DNA from: an uncultured Clostridia bacterium
Lineage (GTDB): Bacteria > Bacillota > Clostridia > TANB77 > CAG-508
Length of the DNA stretch: 57,407 bases
Direction: 5' to 3'
Assembly (NCBI GenBank): GCA_947629765.1
Contig: CANREW010000004.1
Coordinates: forward strand, 1-57,407
Made by a program: the position numbers and the translations under genes. Below the pieces are notes generated by a model. That model was not told where the DNA came from, did no database searches, and was given only the letters and a program-made list of their open reading frames with translations. The stretch's first letter is position 1. Each line of letters opens with the position of its first letter. Of the stretch, positions 44,655 through 55,000 are shown piece by piece.

Positions 44655-45149
44655 TTATTTATAACTTTTCTTTATTCTTTGTATAGCCGTTTTTTCAAGC
44701 CTTGAAACTTGTGCTTGTGAAATACCTATTTCTTCTGCAACTTCCATTTGTGTCCTTCCGTCAAAAAATCTTTTTGTTATTATTATTTTTTCTCTTTTAT
44801 TTAACTTCTTCATTGCCTCTGCTAAGCTTAAATTTTCTGCCCATTTTTCATCTGTATTTTTGGTATCACTAACTTGATCCATTATAAATATATTTTCTGC
44901 ACCATCTTTATAAATTGGTTCTTGCAGAGATATAGGATCTTGTATCGCATCAAAGCTAAATGCAATTTCCTCTTTTGGAACTCCAATCTCTTTTGCAATT
45001 TTTTCTATCGTAGGCTCTTTACCCTCTTCTTTGGTTAGTTTTTCTCTTGCTTGTATTGCTTTATATGCTAAGTCTCTTATAGAGCGACTAACTCTTATTG
45101 GATTATTGTCTCTTAAATATCTTCTAACTTCTCCAATTATCATTGGAAC
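44655..45149 (-). CDS. sigG: forespore sigma factor SigG, 3' part (interrupted)
   Basis: VPMIIGEVRRYLRDNNPIRVSRS...GISQAQVSRLEK; preceding codons YAV reappear at 57399-57407. Confidence 0.9.
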   Translation of the reverse strand, partial: VPMIIGEVRRYLRDNNPIRVSRSIRDLAYKAIQAREKLTKEEGKEPTIEKIAKEIGVPKEEIAFSFDAIQDPISLQEPIYKDGAENIFIMDQVSDTKNTDEKWAENLSLAEAMKKLNKREKIIITKRFFDGRTQMEVAEEIGISQAQVSRLEKTAIQRIKKSYK

Positions 45150-45182
45150 GATTATATGTTAGTTGAAGTATGACTTAAAAAA

Positions 45183-46541
45183 TTAAACTACATTGTTGTA
45201 GTATATCATAATGTTATTGTCTTTTATTACTATTTTGTTTATTAAAGAAACTAATATATTTCTTTGCTCTTGGAAAGATAAATCATTCCATACTTCATGT
45301 AAATTTTCTATCTTGTCTTTGAAATTCTTTATACTTATGTCCTTTTTCTTTTTGTTATTTATTATTTTTTCAATTCTCTTTTTTTCATCTTCTAAGTTTT
45401 TCATTTTATCTCTTATTTCATTTGTAAAATATCCTTCTGCTAAAGCACTTACTAAATTTTCAATCTGCTTGTCTATCTCTTTTAGTCTACTTTCTGCAAA
45501 TTCTTCGGAATCTTTTATATTATCTGTCATTCTTTTATCAAAATAGTTATCGTCAAGTGATAATTTAAACAATTCATTTAGAACATATTTTTCTACTTCG
45601 TCTGCTTCTGCTCTAATGTTGGGACAATTAGGATCTCTAATTAATCTTGGTCTACTTTTCTGCTGAGAATAGCAATATACTTTTGTTGAGTTTTCTGTCC
45701 ATTTTTGGTATCTGAATTTTGCTCCACAATACCCACAATAAATTAGTCCTGAAAGTAAGTAACTTGATTTTTTCAAATCATTATTTCCTCTTTTTTTCAG
45801 CATTTCTTGTACTTCGTAAAACAATTCATCACTAATTATATGTTCATGTTTGCCTTCATATATTTCCCCTTTATAGGGAATTTTACCTATATAAACTGGA
45901 CTTCTTAATACTTTCCTAACTACAGTTTCTCCTGACATTCCTAAAGTATCATTAATTATATCTGGCGACATTCCTTCGAGATATAATTTAAAGACTTGCC
46001 TTATCATTTCAGCTTGTTTAGGCTTTATTACTAATGTTCCTGTATTTCTGTCATAATCATATCCTAGTGGTGTAAGTCCACCTCCCATCCATAGTCCTGA
46101 CTTAACTCTTTCTTTCATTCCCATTCTTGTTCTTTCATAAATTGTTTCTCTTTCTAATTGTGCAAATACTGATAAAATTCCTATCATAGCCTTCCCAAAT
46201 GGTGTTGTTGTATCAAAATTTTCCCTTATTGATATGAAACCTATATTATTAGGATTAAAGACTTCTTCGATTAAATATAAAGTATCTTTTTGACTTCTTG
46301 AAATTCTATCTAGTTTATAGACTATTACATAATCAATTTTTTTTGCTCTTACGTCATCTAACAGCTTCTTTATACTAGGTCTATTAAGATTACTACCACT
46401 ATAACCTCCATCAATATAATATTCATAGTCCGAAATTTCTTTAGATATACAGTAAGCCTCTAGCAATTGTTTTTGAGCATCAATAGAATATCCTTCTACT
46501 TGAGCATCTGTTGATACTCTACAATATAACCCTGCTCTCAT
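45183..46541 (-). CDS. large serine recombinase/integrase
   Basis: YCRVST, DRISR, zinc ribbon CGYCG; start MRAG after GAGGAGG. Confidence 0.95.
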   Translation of the reverse strand: MRAGLYCRVSTDAQVEGYSIDAQKQLLEAYCISKEISDYEYYIDGGYSGSNLNRPSIKKLLDDVRAKKIDYVIVYKLDRISRSQKDTLYLIEEVFNPNNIGFISIRENFDTTTPFGKAMIGILSVFAQLERETIYERTRMGMKERVKSGLWMGGGLTPLGYDYDRNTGTLVIKPKQAEMIRQVFKLYLEGMSPDIINDTLGMSGETVVRKVLRSPVYIGKIPYKGEIYEGKHEHIISDELFYEVQEMLKKRGNNDLKKSSYLLSGLIYCGYCGAKFRYQKWTENSTKVYCYSQQKSRPRLIRDPNCPNIRAEADEVEKYVLNELFKLSLDDNYFDKRMTDNIKDSEEFAESRLKEIDKQIENLVSALAEGYFTNEIRDKMKNLEDEKKRIEKIINNKKKKDISIKNFKDKIENLHEVWNDLSFQEQRNILVSLINKIVIKDNNIMIYYNNVV

Positions 46542-46615
46542 TATGTACCTCCTCATAAAAAATGGTACATATAAAAACAGCAAAACTATGTTATTTTTAT
46601 TATACCATCCCAAAT

Positions 46616-46765
46616 TTAATTATTCAATGCCTTGTCCTTGACTTTTTCATTCTCTTTTTCTCTTATATATCTATTTAATACTTCATATACTAATTTATTT
46701 TTTATTTTTATATTTTCACTTTTAGTTTCTACATCATTAACAAATGTCATTACATTATAAACCAT
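46616..46765 (-). CDS. 49-aa protein upstream of integrase (candidate RDF)
   Basis: GGAGGAGG RBS; MVYNVMTFVND...ALNN; function inferred from position only. Confidence 0.5.
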   Translation of the reverse strand: MVYNVMTFVNDVETKSENIKIKNKLVYEVLNRYIREKENEKVKDKALNN

Positions 46766-46842
46766 CTAAGCCTCCTCCTTCCAAGTCTTTAATCACATTA
46801 TAGACAATTTTATTTTACTTCATACAGATTAAAATAAAATTT

Positions 46843-47286
46843 CTAAAATTCAATATCATTTTCTTCTATAAATTCACTTATTCCATCGGTATTTACATTA
46901 TTAATTTGTATTTCTTCTCTTGAATCTGACAATAATGTTCTAAATCCTAATTCATTTTGTAAATTTACTATTTCTATAAGTTCATTTTTATTTCTTGCGA
47001 TTCTAAGTAAGTTTGCTGTTACAATTAAATTAATTTTCTTTTCTATAATATCTTGTATCATTTTTTTATATGCTGGTTTGTCTTTAGCAAACTCATCTAT
47101 TCCTGCATCTATATATACTTCTTTTATATGTAATCCTAATTGCACACAATATTCTTCAACTCTTTCTTTTTGGTATTGTATTACATCAACATCTTTTAAC
47201 ACTCTTGCTGTTCTAATATATATGCCGACATTATAGCTTTCAGGATTGTCTAGTTTGTTGATTTTTTTACCAGATTTTCTGCTCAA
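46843..47286 (-). CDS. resolvase N-terminal-domain protein lacking catalytic Ser
   Basis: GIYIRTA, Q.....YC, YIDAG, RIARN. Confidence 0.75.
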   Translation of the reverse strand: MSRKSGKKINKLDNPESYNVGIYIRTARVLKDVDVIQYQKERVEEYCVQLGLHIKEVYIDAGIDEFAKDKPAYKKMIQDIIEKKINLIVTANLLRIARNKNELIEIVNLQNELGFRTLLSDSREEIQINNVNTDGISEFIEENDIEF

Positions 47287-47700
47287 ATCTATATCCTCCT
47301 TATTTAATTTTGGGTATGTTATTTATAATAATGTTCACTTTTTGATAAATTTATACCATATTATTTCTATTACAACTTTTTTCATTTCATCATAAATACT
47401 TCACTTCCTTTATGCAACTTTTTGCTAATACTTTTTAGACATGAATCGTCTATAGGACATAGTCCTACTTAATGCTATAAAAATTCTATCTTTTCTTATG
47501 TTTAAGTTTTTAGTTTTTTTATTCATTTTTTATCCTCTTACTATATAAAAACTTAAAAATTTTTCTAAATGGTACTTTTTTGAAAAATTTTTCAAAAAAA
47601 AAAGAGATATACTTTATATAAGCATATCCCTTTTCTAATATTTCCTTAATATTTTTAATTCATCTAACTTTAACTATTATTTTTCAATAATCTTTTATTA

Positions 47701-48432
47701 TTAGTTAAATAAAAACACATTCAAATAATTTATAATATTTTCTTTTAGTTCTTCTATTGAAGTAGGTGAATTATAAATTTTCAACATAGCTTGTCCTACA
47801 TTTTGATTTATGTTATCAACAATTTTTATATAATCTTTAATTTCATCTAAACTTTGTGTTTCGTTAAAAATATTTATAATTTCTTCTTTAAAAGTATTAT
47901 CATTATTTGTAAAAAAATCTATAATTTTATTTTGCTTCTTAAGTTCTTTTTCCATAATATTTTTAATATTTAGTATATTAGGATAAACTAAATAACTATA
48001 TCCGTTTTTTACCATATTAAATATTTTATTTGCTTTCATTTCAATTTCTTGTTGTAAAGCATATGTAATAATTACAGGTTGTCTTTTCCTCATAAATTCA
48101 TTTTCTACAAATCTTTCTATAATTGGAAACATATTTTGTATTAAAAAAACATTTTCTTTTCCACTAACTTTACCAAAAACAATTGTATCGACATTAGGAG
48201 TTTTATTGTTTTTTATTTGATTTTGAATTTTTTTATTATATATTGTTCGATACTTTTTTGTTCTTGTACTTACTGGCACAAACCAAATAATATCACTATT
48301 TTGGTTATCTTTAAAACAATAATAACATGGCCTTTTATTTCCATTTTCCTTATTTTGCATTAGTTCTTGATCTTTTACAATATCAAAAAAATAATCTTTA
48401 ATAAAATAAAAATATCCTTTTTTTACTTGCAT
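47701..48432 (-). CDS. cptN: type III toxin, CptN family
   Basis: GYFYFIKD.FF, NK..RPCYYCF, WFVPVS, FLIQNMFP; upstream repeats and terminator. Confidence 0.82.
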   Translation of the reverse strand: MQVKKGYFYFIKDYFFDIVKDQELMQNKENGNKRPCYYCFKDNQNSDIIWFVPVSTRTKKYRTIYNKKIQNQIKNNKTPNVDTIVFGKVSGKENVFLIQNMFPIIERFVENEFMRKRQPVIITYALQQEIEMKANKIFNMVKNGYSYLVYPNILNIKNIMEKELKKQNKIIDFFTNNDNTFKEEIINIFNETQSLDEIKDYIKIVDNINQNVGQAMLKIYNSPTSIEELKENIINYLNVFLFN

Positions 48433-48451
48433 AACTACTCCTTACAAAAAT

Positions 48452-48480
48452 AGTAAGGTACTTTTTTTAAGCACCTTACT
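48452..48480 (-). terminator. terminator between antitoxin repeats and toxin
   Basis: AGTAAGGTGCT..AGTACCTTACT followed by T-run. Confidence 0.8.
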
Positions 48481-48485
48481 TAATA

Positions 48486-48580
48486 ATTTAATCACCTACG
48501 CACTTAATGTTTCGCAAGTAGGGTTGCGACATTATTTACTCACCTGTGCATTTATACCTCGCAAACAGGGTTGCGACATT
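48486..48580 (-). ncRNA. cptI: type III antitoxin RNA (CptI-like), two 47-48 nt pseudoknot repeats
   Basis: UCGCAA/UUGCGA stem with covarying loop-tail pairing; promoter TTGACA-18-TATAAT at 48594-48623. Confidence 0.82.
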
Positions 48581-48874
48581 ATTTATTAATATTATTATAC
48601 TATTGAGTTTATTCTCTTGTCAAGTATGTTTTAATATTAATTAATATATTTTATGTAAAACTAAAAAATATATTACATTTTGAAAATTATTTTTTTTAAT
48701 TTTCTAGTTAAAAGTTTAACTTTTTTTCTCATTTCGTAGTTGATACCTCATATTTTTTATTCGACTATGTCATTTTTTGTAGTTATTAACTATTCTTTTT
48801 ACTTAAAATTATAGTTTTAAATAATTTCATTTTTTGTTTATTGTTGACTATACTATAAATAGGGGAGTGAGATA

Positions 48875-49201
48875 ATGAAAAACTCAATAGATAATTGTAC
48901 AGGTAATTCTATATTAGGTCAAAATGTTAGAGATATACGAAAAAATCTTAATCTCACACAAGAAGAATTTGCAGAAAAATTAAATCTTAATCCTCAATTT
49001 ATATCACAAATAGAAACTGGAAAGATTGGTATAAGTTTAGATAATGCTATAAATATATGTAATACTGCAAATTGTTCATCTGCAAATCTATTTAAAGGTT
49101 TAATTACTTCACCTAGTATTATTGATAAATACGAACTTTTAAGTGATAGAGATAAGTCCATAATAAATCAAATGATTACTTGTTTATTAAATACAAAGTA
49201 A
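48875..49201 (+). CDS. XRE-family HTH regulator
   Basis: LTQEEFAEKL..ISQIETG. Confidence 0.88.
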   Translation: MKNSIDNCTGNSILGQNVRDIRKNLNLTQEEFAEKLNLNPQFISQIETGKIGISLDNAINICNTANCSSANLFKGLITSPSIIDKYELLSDRDKSIINQMITCLLNTK

Positions 49202-49204
49202 ATT

Positions 49205-49576
49205 TTATTCACTAACACTATATGGGGGTATATTGTTAGTGCTTTTTTTATATTCTTTATATTTTTCTTCAAATTTTGATTTTGTTTTGCATCTTTTTTT
49301 TAATTTTTTTAGCATATTTACTCTATTTTCAAATGTTCTTTTATCTATTTTTCCTTGTTTATATAGTTTACTTTCTATAACATATTTTGATTTATAATAT
49401 TTGTTTATTTCATTCTTAACAATTTTTTCAGATTTTGGATGAATATATATACTAACATTGTTATTATATTTTTTGTAAATTTCTTTTAATAAATTAAATA
49501 GTTCTGAAACTTCACATGTTGTTTTTGTAGTTTTTTCTTCATCAAAATAAAGAATAATAAATTCTTTTACAATCAA
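49205..49576 (-). CDS. hypothetical basic protein
   Basis: AAGGAGG RBS, TTG start. Confidence 0.6.
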   Translation of the reverse strand: MIVKEFIILYFDEEKTTKTTCEVSELFNLLKEIYKKYNNNVSIYIHPKSEKIVKNEINKYYKSKYVIESKLYKQGKIDKRTFENRVNMLKKLKKRCKTKSKFEEKYKEYKKSTNNIPPYSVSE

Positions 49577-49706
49577 ATATTTTCCTCCTTTCTCGTATAA
49601 TTTTTTTAAAAAATGAATAATCTAATACAAAATGCGAGGCTCTCTCGCTATTTTATAAAAAATTTGTAATAAAATCAAGAATAATAATTTAATGTGGGGG
49701 ATTTAT

Positions 49707-49946
49707 TTGAAAAAATACGATAATAAAAGCAATGTAATAGGTAATTTAATAAAAGAATATAGATTAAAAAAGAAGTTAAAGAAAAGTGAAGTATGTAGAA
49801 AACTACAATTACATGCTATTTATATGGATCCGACTGAATTAAATAGAATGGAAACAGGTAGAATGATTATTAAAGATTTTGAATTAATTGGCTTATGCAA
49901 GGTTTTAGAAATAGATTATGATGATTTAAAAAATTCAATAGAATAG
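49707..49946 (+). CDS. XRE-family HTH regulator
   Basis: IGNLIKEYR..LNRMETGR.IKDFEL. Confidence 0.8.
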   Translation: MKKYDNKSNVIGNLIKEYRLKKKLKKSEVCRKLQLHAIYMDPTELNRMETGRMIIKDFELIGLCKVLEIDYDDLKNSIE

Positions 49947-50325
49947 TATGAGAAAAGATAGCAAATAACTGCTATCTATTTTCTTATACATATTATATTT
50001 TTAATCGTTTATATTACCTTCATGTACAACTAAATCCACCTCTAGCAAATTACTTGGCTTAAATAATATCATAAACATAAAAGATTATCAATAAATACTA
50101 ACTTTAGAAATTTTTATTATTTTACGCAGGAAAGTGTTCATAAGGAACACCTAGGACACATAAAAGGCAAGCCTTTTAGATTATTAATATAAAAAAATGT
50201 TATTAATTTTTTAATAAAAGTACCAAGACGTGGGACTTATATATTTTCTACTTTCAATTTGTAGTTATTAGCTTTTTTCTTGTTATTGTGATATTTCTTA
50301 AGTTGATTATAAAATTTACTACTTA

Positions 50326-51129
50326 CTAATTTTTAGGCAAAAAAATAGAGGAGTTATTCCTCTTAATCATTTCATTTTGTATAGTTTTATAATAATAGCC
50401 AATAAAATCGTCTATTTCGTTATCTGTTTCTTTATAATCCATTTCTTTTGCTTTACACTTATTATAAAGATATATCAATTTATCTCTTGTTATATTATAA
50501 GTGAACTCTTGCAAATTATCTTTAACTATTAAAGCTATTACATAAGTAATTTCTTTTATTTTATCTAGGTTATTTCTCTGCATGTAAGTTATCATGTTTT
50601 TTGTATAGAGCATTTCATATTTATCAAGTAGCTCAATTATTTTCAATTTTTCTACATTTTTAAATTCTTTTGGAACTTCTTTTTTATTTTCTATAATATA
50701 ATTAAACAATATATCTATCTTATTATTTATATTATTATAGGTGAATTTATTTTCATTCGCCTCTATGAAACTATTTTCATAATCTCCTATGAAATTTTTT
50801 TCTTGCCCTACAGCATATGATATAAAAATTTTTCTTTGATAGTTATTTTTTATAATGACTTTTATATATCCTCTTTCTTCCAACTTTGAAATGGCATTTT
50901 GAATTGAGCGAGTAGTACAATTATATAATCGTGCAAAATACTTATTTGTAGCATAGCAATATCCTTCTTTATTACTCAAACACGCAATTTCTCCATATAA
51001 TAACTTTGCTTTTTCTGTGAGTTGATTATCATATCTAACATCAGCTGGTATAATAACATAATAGTTAGCTTTATTGTTTTCTTTCATTTTTTTCGCTTCT
51101 TTCATAATAAGATTTTTACCCATCATCAA
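50326..51129 (-). CDS. phage-type replication initiator-like HTH protein
   Basis: YYVIIPADVRYD..L...AKLLYGEI..L..KEGYCYATNKYFA; start uncertain. Confidence 0.75.
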   Translation of the reverse strand: MMMGKNLIMKEAKKMKENNKANYYVIIPADVRYDNQLTEKAKLLYGEIACLSNKEGYCYATNKYFARLYNCTTRSIQNAISKLEERGYIKVIIKNNYQRKIFISYAVGQEKNFIGDYENSFIEANENKFTYNNINNKIDILFNYIIENKKEVPKEFKNVEKLKIIELLDKYEMLYTKNMITYMQRNNLDKIKEITYVIALIVKDNLQEFTYNITRDKLIYLYNKCKAKEMDYKETDNEIDDFIGYYYKTIQNEMIKRNNSSIFLPKN

Positions 51130-51246
51130 TATGTCAAAAATTGTGTATAGGTAAATATAGCTTTTTATTGTTGCAAATTAAAAACAGCAATCGTAAAATT
51201 GCTGCTTTTAATTTAATATCAATAGTTTTGCTGGTTTATATGTTAT

Positions 51247-51296
51247 TACTTCTACTAACACATTACCGTTGGAACGATTATATGTTAGTTGAAGTA
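51247..51296. other. attP junction between the tandem copies
   Basis: 24-bp imperfect inverted arms (20/24) around central GG 51271-51272. Confidence 0.88.
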
Positions 51297-51308
51297 TGAC
51301 TTAAAAAA

Positions 51309-52667
51309 TTAAACTACATTGTTGTAGTATATCATAATGTTATTGTCTTTTATTACTATTTTGTTTATTAAAGAAACTAATATATTTCTTTGCTCTTGGA
51401 AAGATAAATCATTCCATACTTCATGTAAATTTTCTATCTTGTCTTTGAAATTCTTTATACTTATGTCCTTTTTCTTTTTGTTATTTATTATTTTTTCAAT
51501 TCTCTTTTTTTCATCTTCTAAGTTTTTCATTTTATCTCTTATTTCATTTGTAAAATATCCTTCTGCTAAAGCACTTACTAAATTTTCAATCTGCTTGTCT
51601 ATCTCTTTTAGTCTACTTTCTGCAAATTCTTCGGAATCTTTTATATTATCTGTCATTCTTTTATCAAAATAGTTATCGTCAAGTGATAATTTAAACAATT
51701 CATTTAGAACATATTTTTCTACTTCGTCTGCTTCTGCTCTAATGTTGGGACAATTAGGATCTCTAATTAATCTTGGTCTACTTTTCTGCTGAGAATAGCA
51801 ATATACTTTTGTTGAGTTTTCTGTCCATTTTTGGTATCTGAATTTTGCTCCACAATACCCACAATAAATTAGTCCTGAAAGTAAGTAACTTGATTTTTTC
51901 AAATCATTATTTCCTCTTTTTTTCAGCATTTCTTGTACTTCGTAAAACAATTCATCACTAATTATATGTTCATGTTTGCCTTCATATATTTCCCCTTTAT
52001 AGGGAATTTTACCTATATAAACTGGACTTCTTAATACTTTCCTAACTACAGTTTCTCCTGACATTCCTAAAGTATCATTAATTATATCTGGCGACATTCC
52101 TTCGAGATATAATTTAAAGACTTGCCTTATCATTTCAGCTTGTTTAGGCTTTATTACTAATGTTCCTGTATTTCTGTCATAATCATATCCTAGTGGTGTA
52201 AGTCCACCTCCCATCCATAGTCCTGACTTAACTCTTTCTTTCATTCCCATTCTTGTTCTTTCATAAATTGTTTCTCTTTCTAATTGTGCAAATACTGATA
52301 AAATTCCTATCATAGCCTTCCCAAATGGTGTTGTTGTATCAAAATTTTCCCTTATTGATATGAAACCTATATTATTAGGATTAAAGACTTCTTCGATTAA
52401 ATATAAAGTATCTTTTTGACTTCTTGAAATTCTATCTAGTTTATAGACTATTACATAATCAATTTTTTTTGCTCTTACGTCATCTAACAGCTTCTTTATA
52501 CTAGGTCTATTAAGATTACTACCACTATAACCTCCATCAATATAATATTCATAGTCCGAAATTTCTTTAGATATACAGTAAGCCTCTAGCAATTGTTTTT
52601 GAGCATCAATAGAATATCCTTCTACTTGAGCATCTGTTGATACTCTACAATATAACCCTGCTCTCAT
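51309..52667 (-). CDS. large serine recombinase (copy 2)
   Basis: identical protein to copy 1. Confidence 0.93.
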   Translation of the reverse strand: MRAGLYCRVSTDAQVEGYSIDAQKQLLEAYCISKEISDYEYYIDGGYSGSNLNRPSIKKLLDDVRAKKIDYVIVYKLDRISRSQKDTLYLIEEVFNPNNIGFISIRENFDTTTPFGKAMIGILSVFAQLERETIYERTRMGMKERVKSGLWMGGGLTPLGYDYDRNTGTLVIKPKQAEMIRQVFKLYLEGMSPDIINDTLGMSGETVVRKVLRSPVYIGKIPYKGEIYEGKHEHIISDELFYEVQEMLKKRGNNDLKKSSYLLSGLIYCGYCGAKFRYQKWTENSTKVYCYSQQKSRPRLIRDPNCPNIRAEADEVEKYVLNELFKLSLDDNYFDKRMTDNIKDSEEFAESRLKEIDKQIENLVSALAEGYFTNEIRDKMKNLEDEKKRIEKIINNKKKKDISIKNFKDKIENLHEVWNDLSFQEQRNILVSLINKIVIKDNNIMIYYNNVV

Positions 52668-52741
52668 TATGTACCTCCTCATAAAAAATGGTACATATAA
52701 AAACAGCAAAACTATGTTATTTTTATTATACCATCCCAAAT

Positions 52742-52891
52742 TTAATTATTCAATGCCTTGTCCTTGACTTTTTCATTCTCTTTTTCTCTTATATATCTAT
52801 TTAATACTTCATATACTAATTTATTTTTTATTTTTATATTTTCACTTTTAGTTTCTACATCATTAACAAATGTCATTACATTATAAACCAT
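52742..52891 (-). CDS. 49-aa protein (copy 2)
   Basis: same sequence as copy 1. Confidence 0.5.
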   Translation of the reverse strand: MVYNVMTFVNDVETKSENIKIKNKLVYEVLNRYIREKENEKVKDKALNN

Positions 52892-52968
52892 CTAAGCCTC
52901 CTCCTTCCAAGTCTTTAATCACATTATAGACAATTTTATTTTACTTCATACAGATTAAAATAAAATTT

Positions 52969-53412
52969 CTAAAATTCAATATCATTTTCTTCTATAAATT
53001 CACTTATTCCATCGGTATTTACATTATTAATTTGTATTTCTTCTCTTGAATCTGACAATAATGTTCTAAATCCTAATTCATTTTGTAAATTTACTATTTC
53101 TATAAGTTCATTTTTATTTCTTGCGATTCTAAGTAAGTTTGCTGTTACAATTAAATTAATTTTCTTTTCTATAATATCTTGTATCATTTTTTTATATGCT
53201 GGTTTGTCTTTAGCAAACTCATCTATTCCTGCATCTATATATACTTCTTTTATATGTAATCCTAATTGCACACAATATTCTTCAACTCTTTCTTTTTGGT
53301 ATTGTATTACATCAACATCTTTTAACACTCTTGCTGTTCTAATATATATGCCGACATTATAGCTTTCAGGATTGTCTAGTTTGTTGATTTTTTTACCAGA
53401 TTTTCTGCTCAA
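52969..53412 (-). CDS. resolvase N-terminal-domain protein (copy 2)
   Basis: identical protein to copy 1. Confidence 0.75.
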   Translation of the reverse strand: MSRKSGKKINKLDNPESYNVGIYIRTARVLKDVDVIQYQKERVEEYCVQLGLHIKEVYIDAGIDEFAKDKPAYKKMIQDIIEKKINLIVTANLLRIARNKNELIEIVNLQNELGFRTLLSDSREEIQINNVNTDGISEFIEENDIEF

Positions 53413-53826
53413 ATCTATATCCTCCTTATTTAATTTTGGGTATGTTATTTATAATAATGTTCACTTTTTGATAAATTTATACCATATTATTTCTATTACA
53501 ACTTTTTTCATTTCATCATAAATACTTCACTTCCTTTATGCAACTTTTTGCTAATACTTTTTAGACATGAATCGTCTATAGGACATAGTCCTACTTAATG
53601 CTATAAAAATTCTATCTTTTCTTATGTTTAAGTTTTTAGTTTTTTTATTCATTTTTTATCCTCTTACTATATAAAAACTTAAAAATTTTTCTAAATGGTA
53701 CTTTTTTGAAAAATTTTTCAAAAAAAAAAGAGATATACTTTATATAAGCATATCCCTTTTCTAATATTTCCTTAATATTTTTAATTCATCTAACTTTAAC
53801 TATTATTTTTCAATAATCTTTTATTA

Positions 53827-54558
53827 TTAGTTAAATAAAAACACATTCAAATAATTTATAATATTTTCTTTTAGTTCTTCTATTGAAGTAGGTGAATTAT
53901 AAATTTTCAACATAGCTTGTCCTACATTTTGATTTATGTTATCAACAATTTTTATATAATCTTTAATTTCATCTAAACTTTGTGTTTCGTTAAAAATATT
54001 TATAATTTCTTCTTTAAAAGTATTATCATTATTTGTAAAAAAATCTATAATTTTATTTTGCTTCTTAAGTTCTTTTTCCATAATATTTTTAATATTTAGT
54101 ATATTAGGATAAACTAAATAACTATATCCGTTTTTTACCATATTAAATATTTTATTTGCTTTCATTTCAATTTCTTGTTGTAAAGCATATGTAATAATTA
54201 CAGGTTGTCTTTTCCTCATAAATTCATTTTCTACAAATCTTTCTATAATTGGAAACATATTTTGTATTAAAAAAACATTTTCTTTTCCACTAACTTTACC
54301 AAAAACAATTGTATCGACATTAGGAGTTTTATTGTTTTTTATTTGATTTTGAATTTTTTTATTATATATTGTTCGATACTTTTTTGTTCTTGTACTTACT
54401 GGCACAAACCAAATAATATCACTATTTTGGTTATCTTTAAAACAATAATAACATGGCCTTTTATTTCCATTTTCCTTATTTTGCATTAGTTCTTGATCTT
54501 TTACAATATCAAAAAAATAATCTTTAATAAAATAAAAATATCCTTTTTTTACTTGCAT
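53827..54558 (-). CDS. cptN: type III toxin CptN family (copy 2)
   Basis: identical protein to copy 1. Confidence 0.82.
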   Translation of the reverse strand: MQVKKGYFYFIKDYFFDIVKDQELMQNKENGNKRPCYYCFKDNQNSDIIWFVPVSTRTKKYRTIYNKKIQNQIKNNKTPNVDTIVFGKVSGKENVFLIQNMFPIIERFVENEFMRKRQPVIITYALQQEIEMKANKIFNMVKNGYSYLVYPNILNIKNIMEKELKKQNKIIDFFTNNDNTFKEEIINIFNETQSLDEIKDYIKIVDNINQNVGQAMLKIYNSPTSIEELKENIINYLNVFLFN

Positions 54559-54611
54559 AACTACTCCTTACAAAAATAGTAAGGTACTTTTTTTAAGCAC
54601 CTTACTTAATA

Positions 54612-54706
54612 ATTTAATCACCTACGCACTTAATGTTTCGCAAGTAGGGTTGCGACATTATTTACTCACCTGTGCATTTATACCTCGCAAACAGGGTTGC
54701 GACATT
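54612..54706 (-). ncRNA. cptI: CptI-like antitoxin repeats (copy 2)
   Basis: same sequence as copy 1. Confidence 0.8.
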
Positions 54707-55000
54707 ATTTATTAATATTATTATACTATTGAGTTTATTCTCTTGTCAAGTATGTTTTAATATTAATTAATATATTTTATGTAAAACTAAAAAATATATT
54801 ACATTTTGAAAATTATTTTTTTTAATTTTCTAGTTAAAAGTTTAACTTTTTTTCTCATTTCGTAGTTGATACCTCATATTTTTTATTCGACTATGTCATT
54901 TTTTGTAGTTATTAACTATTCTTTTTACTTAAAATTATAGTTTTAAATAATTTCATTTTTTGTTTATTGTTGACTATACTATAAATAGGGGAGTGAGATA

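Larger units (their letters stand above)
45143..51275. mobile_element. sigG-intervening serine-integrase element, copy 1 (6126-bp unit)
   Basis: core TTGGAAC at 45143-45149 and 51269-51275; integrase adjacent to junction. Confidence 0.9.

Noticed and set aside
48486-48580. Short repeats as a mini CRISPR array
   Set aside because: Only two units, no cas genes; pseudoknot, terminator and toxin layout fit a type III antitoxin.
378-51672. Numerous antisense ORFs in the track (e.g. 15570..16073, 41805..42332, 45211..45546)
   Set aside because: Shadows of real genes on the opposite strand, with no RBS or recognisable motifs.
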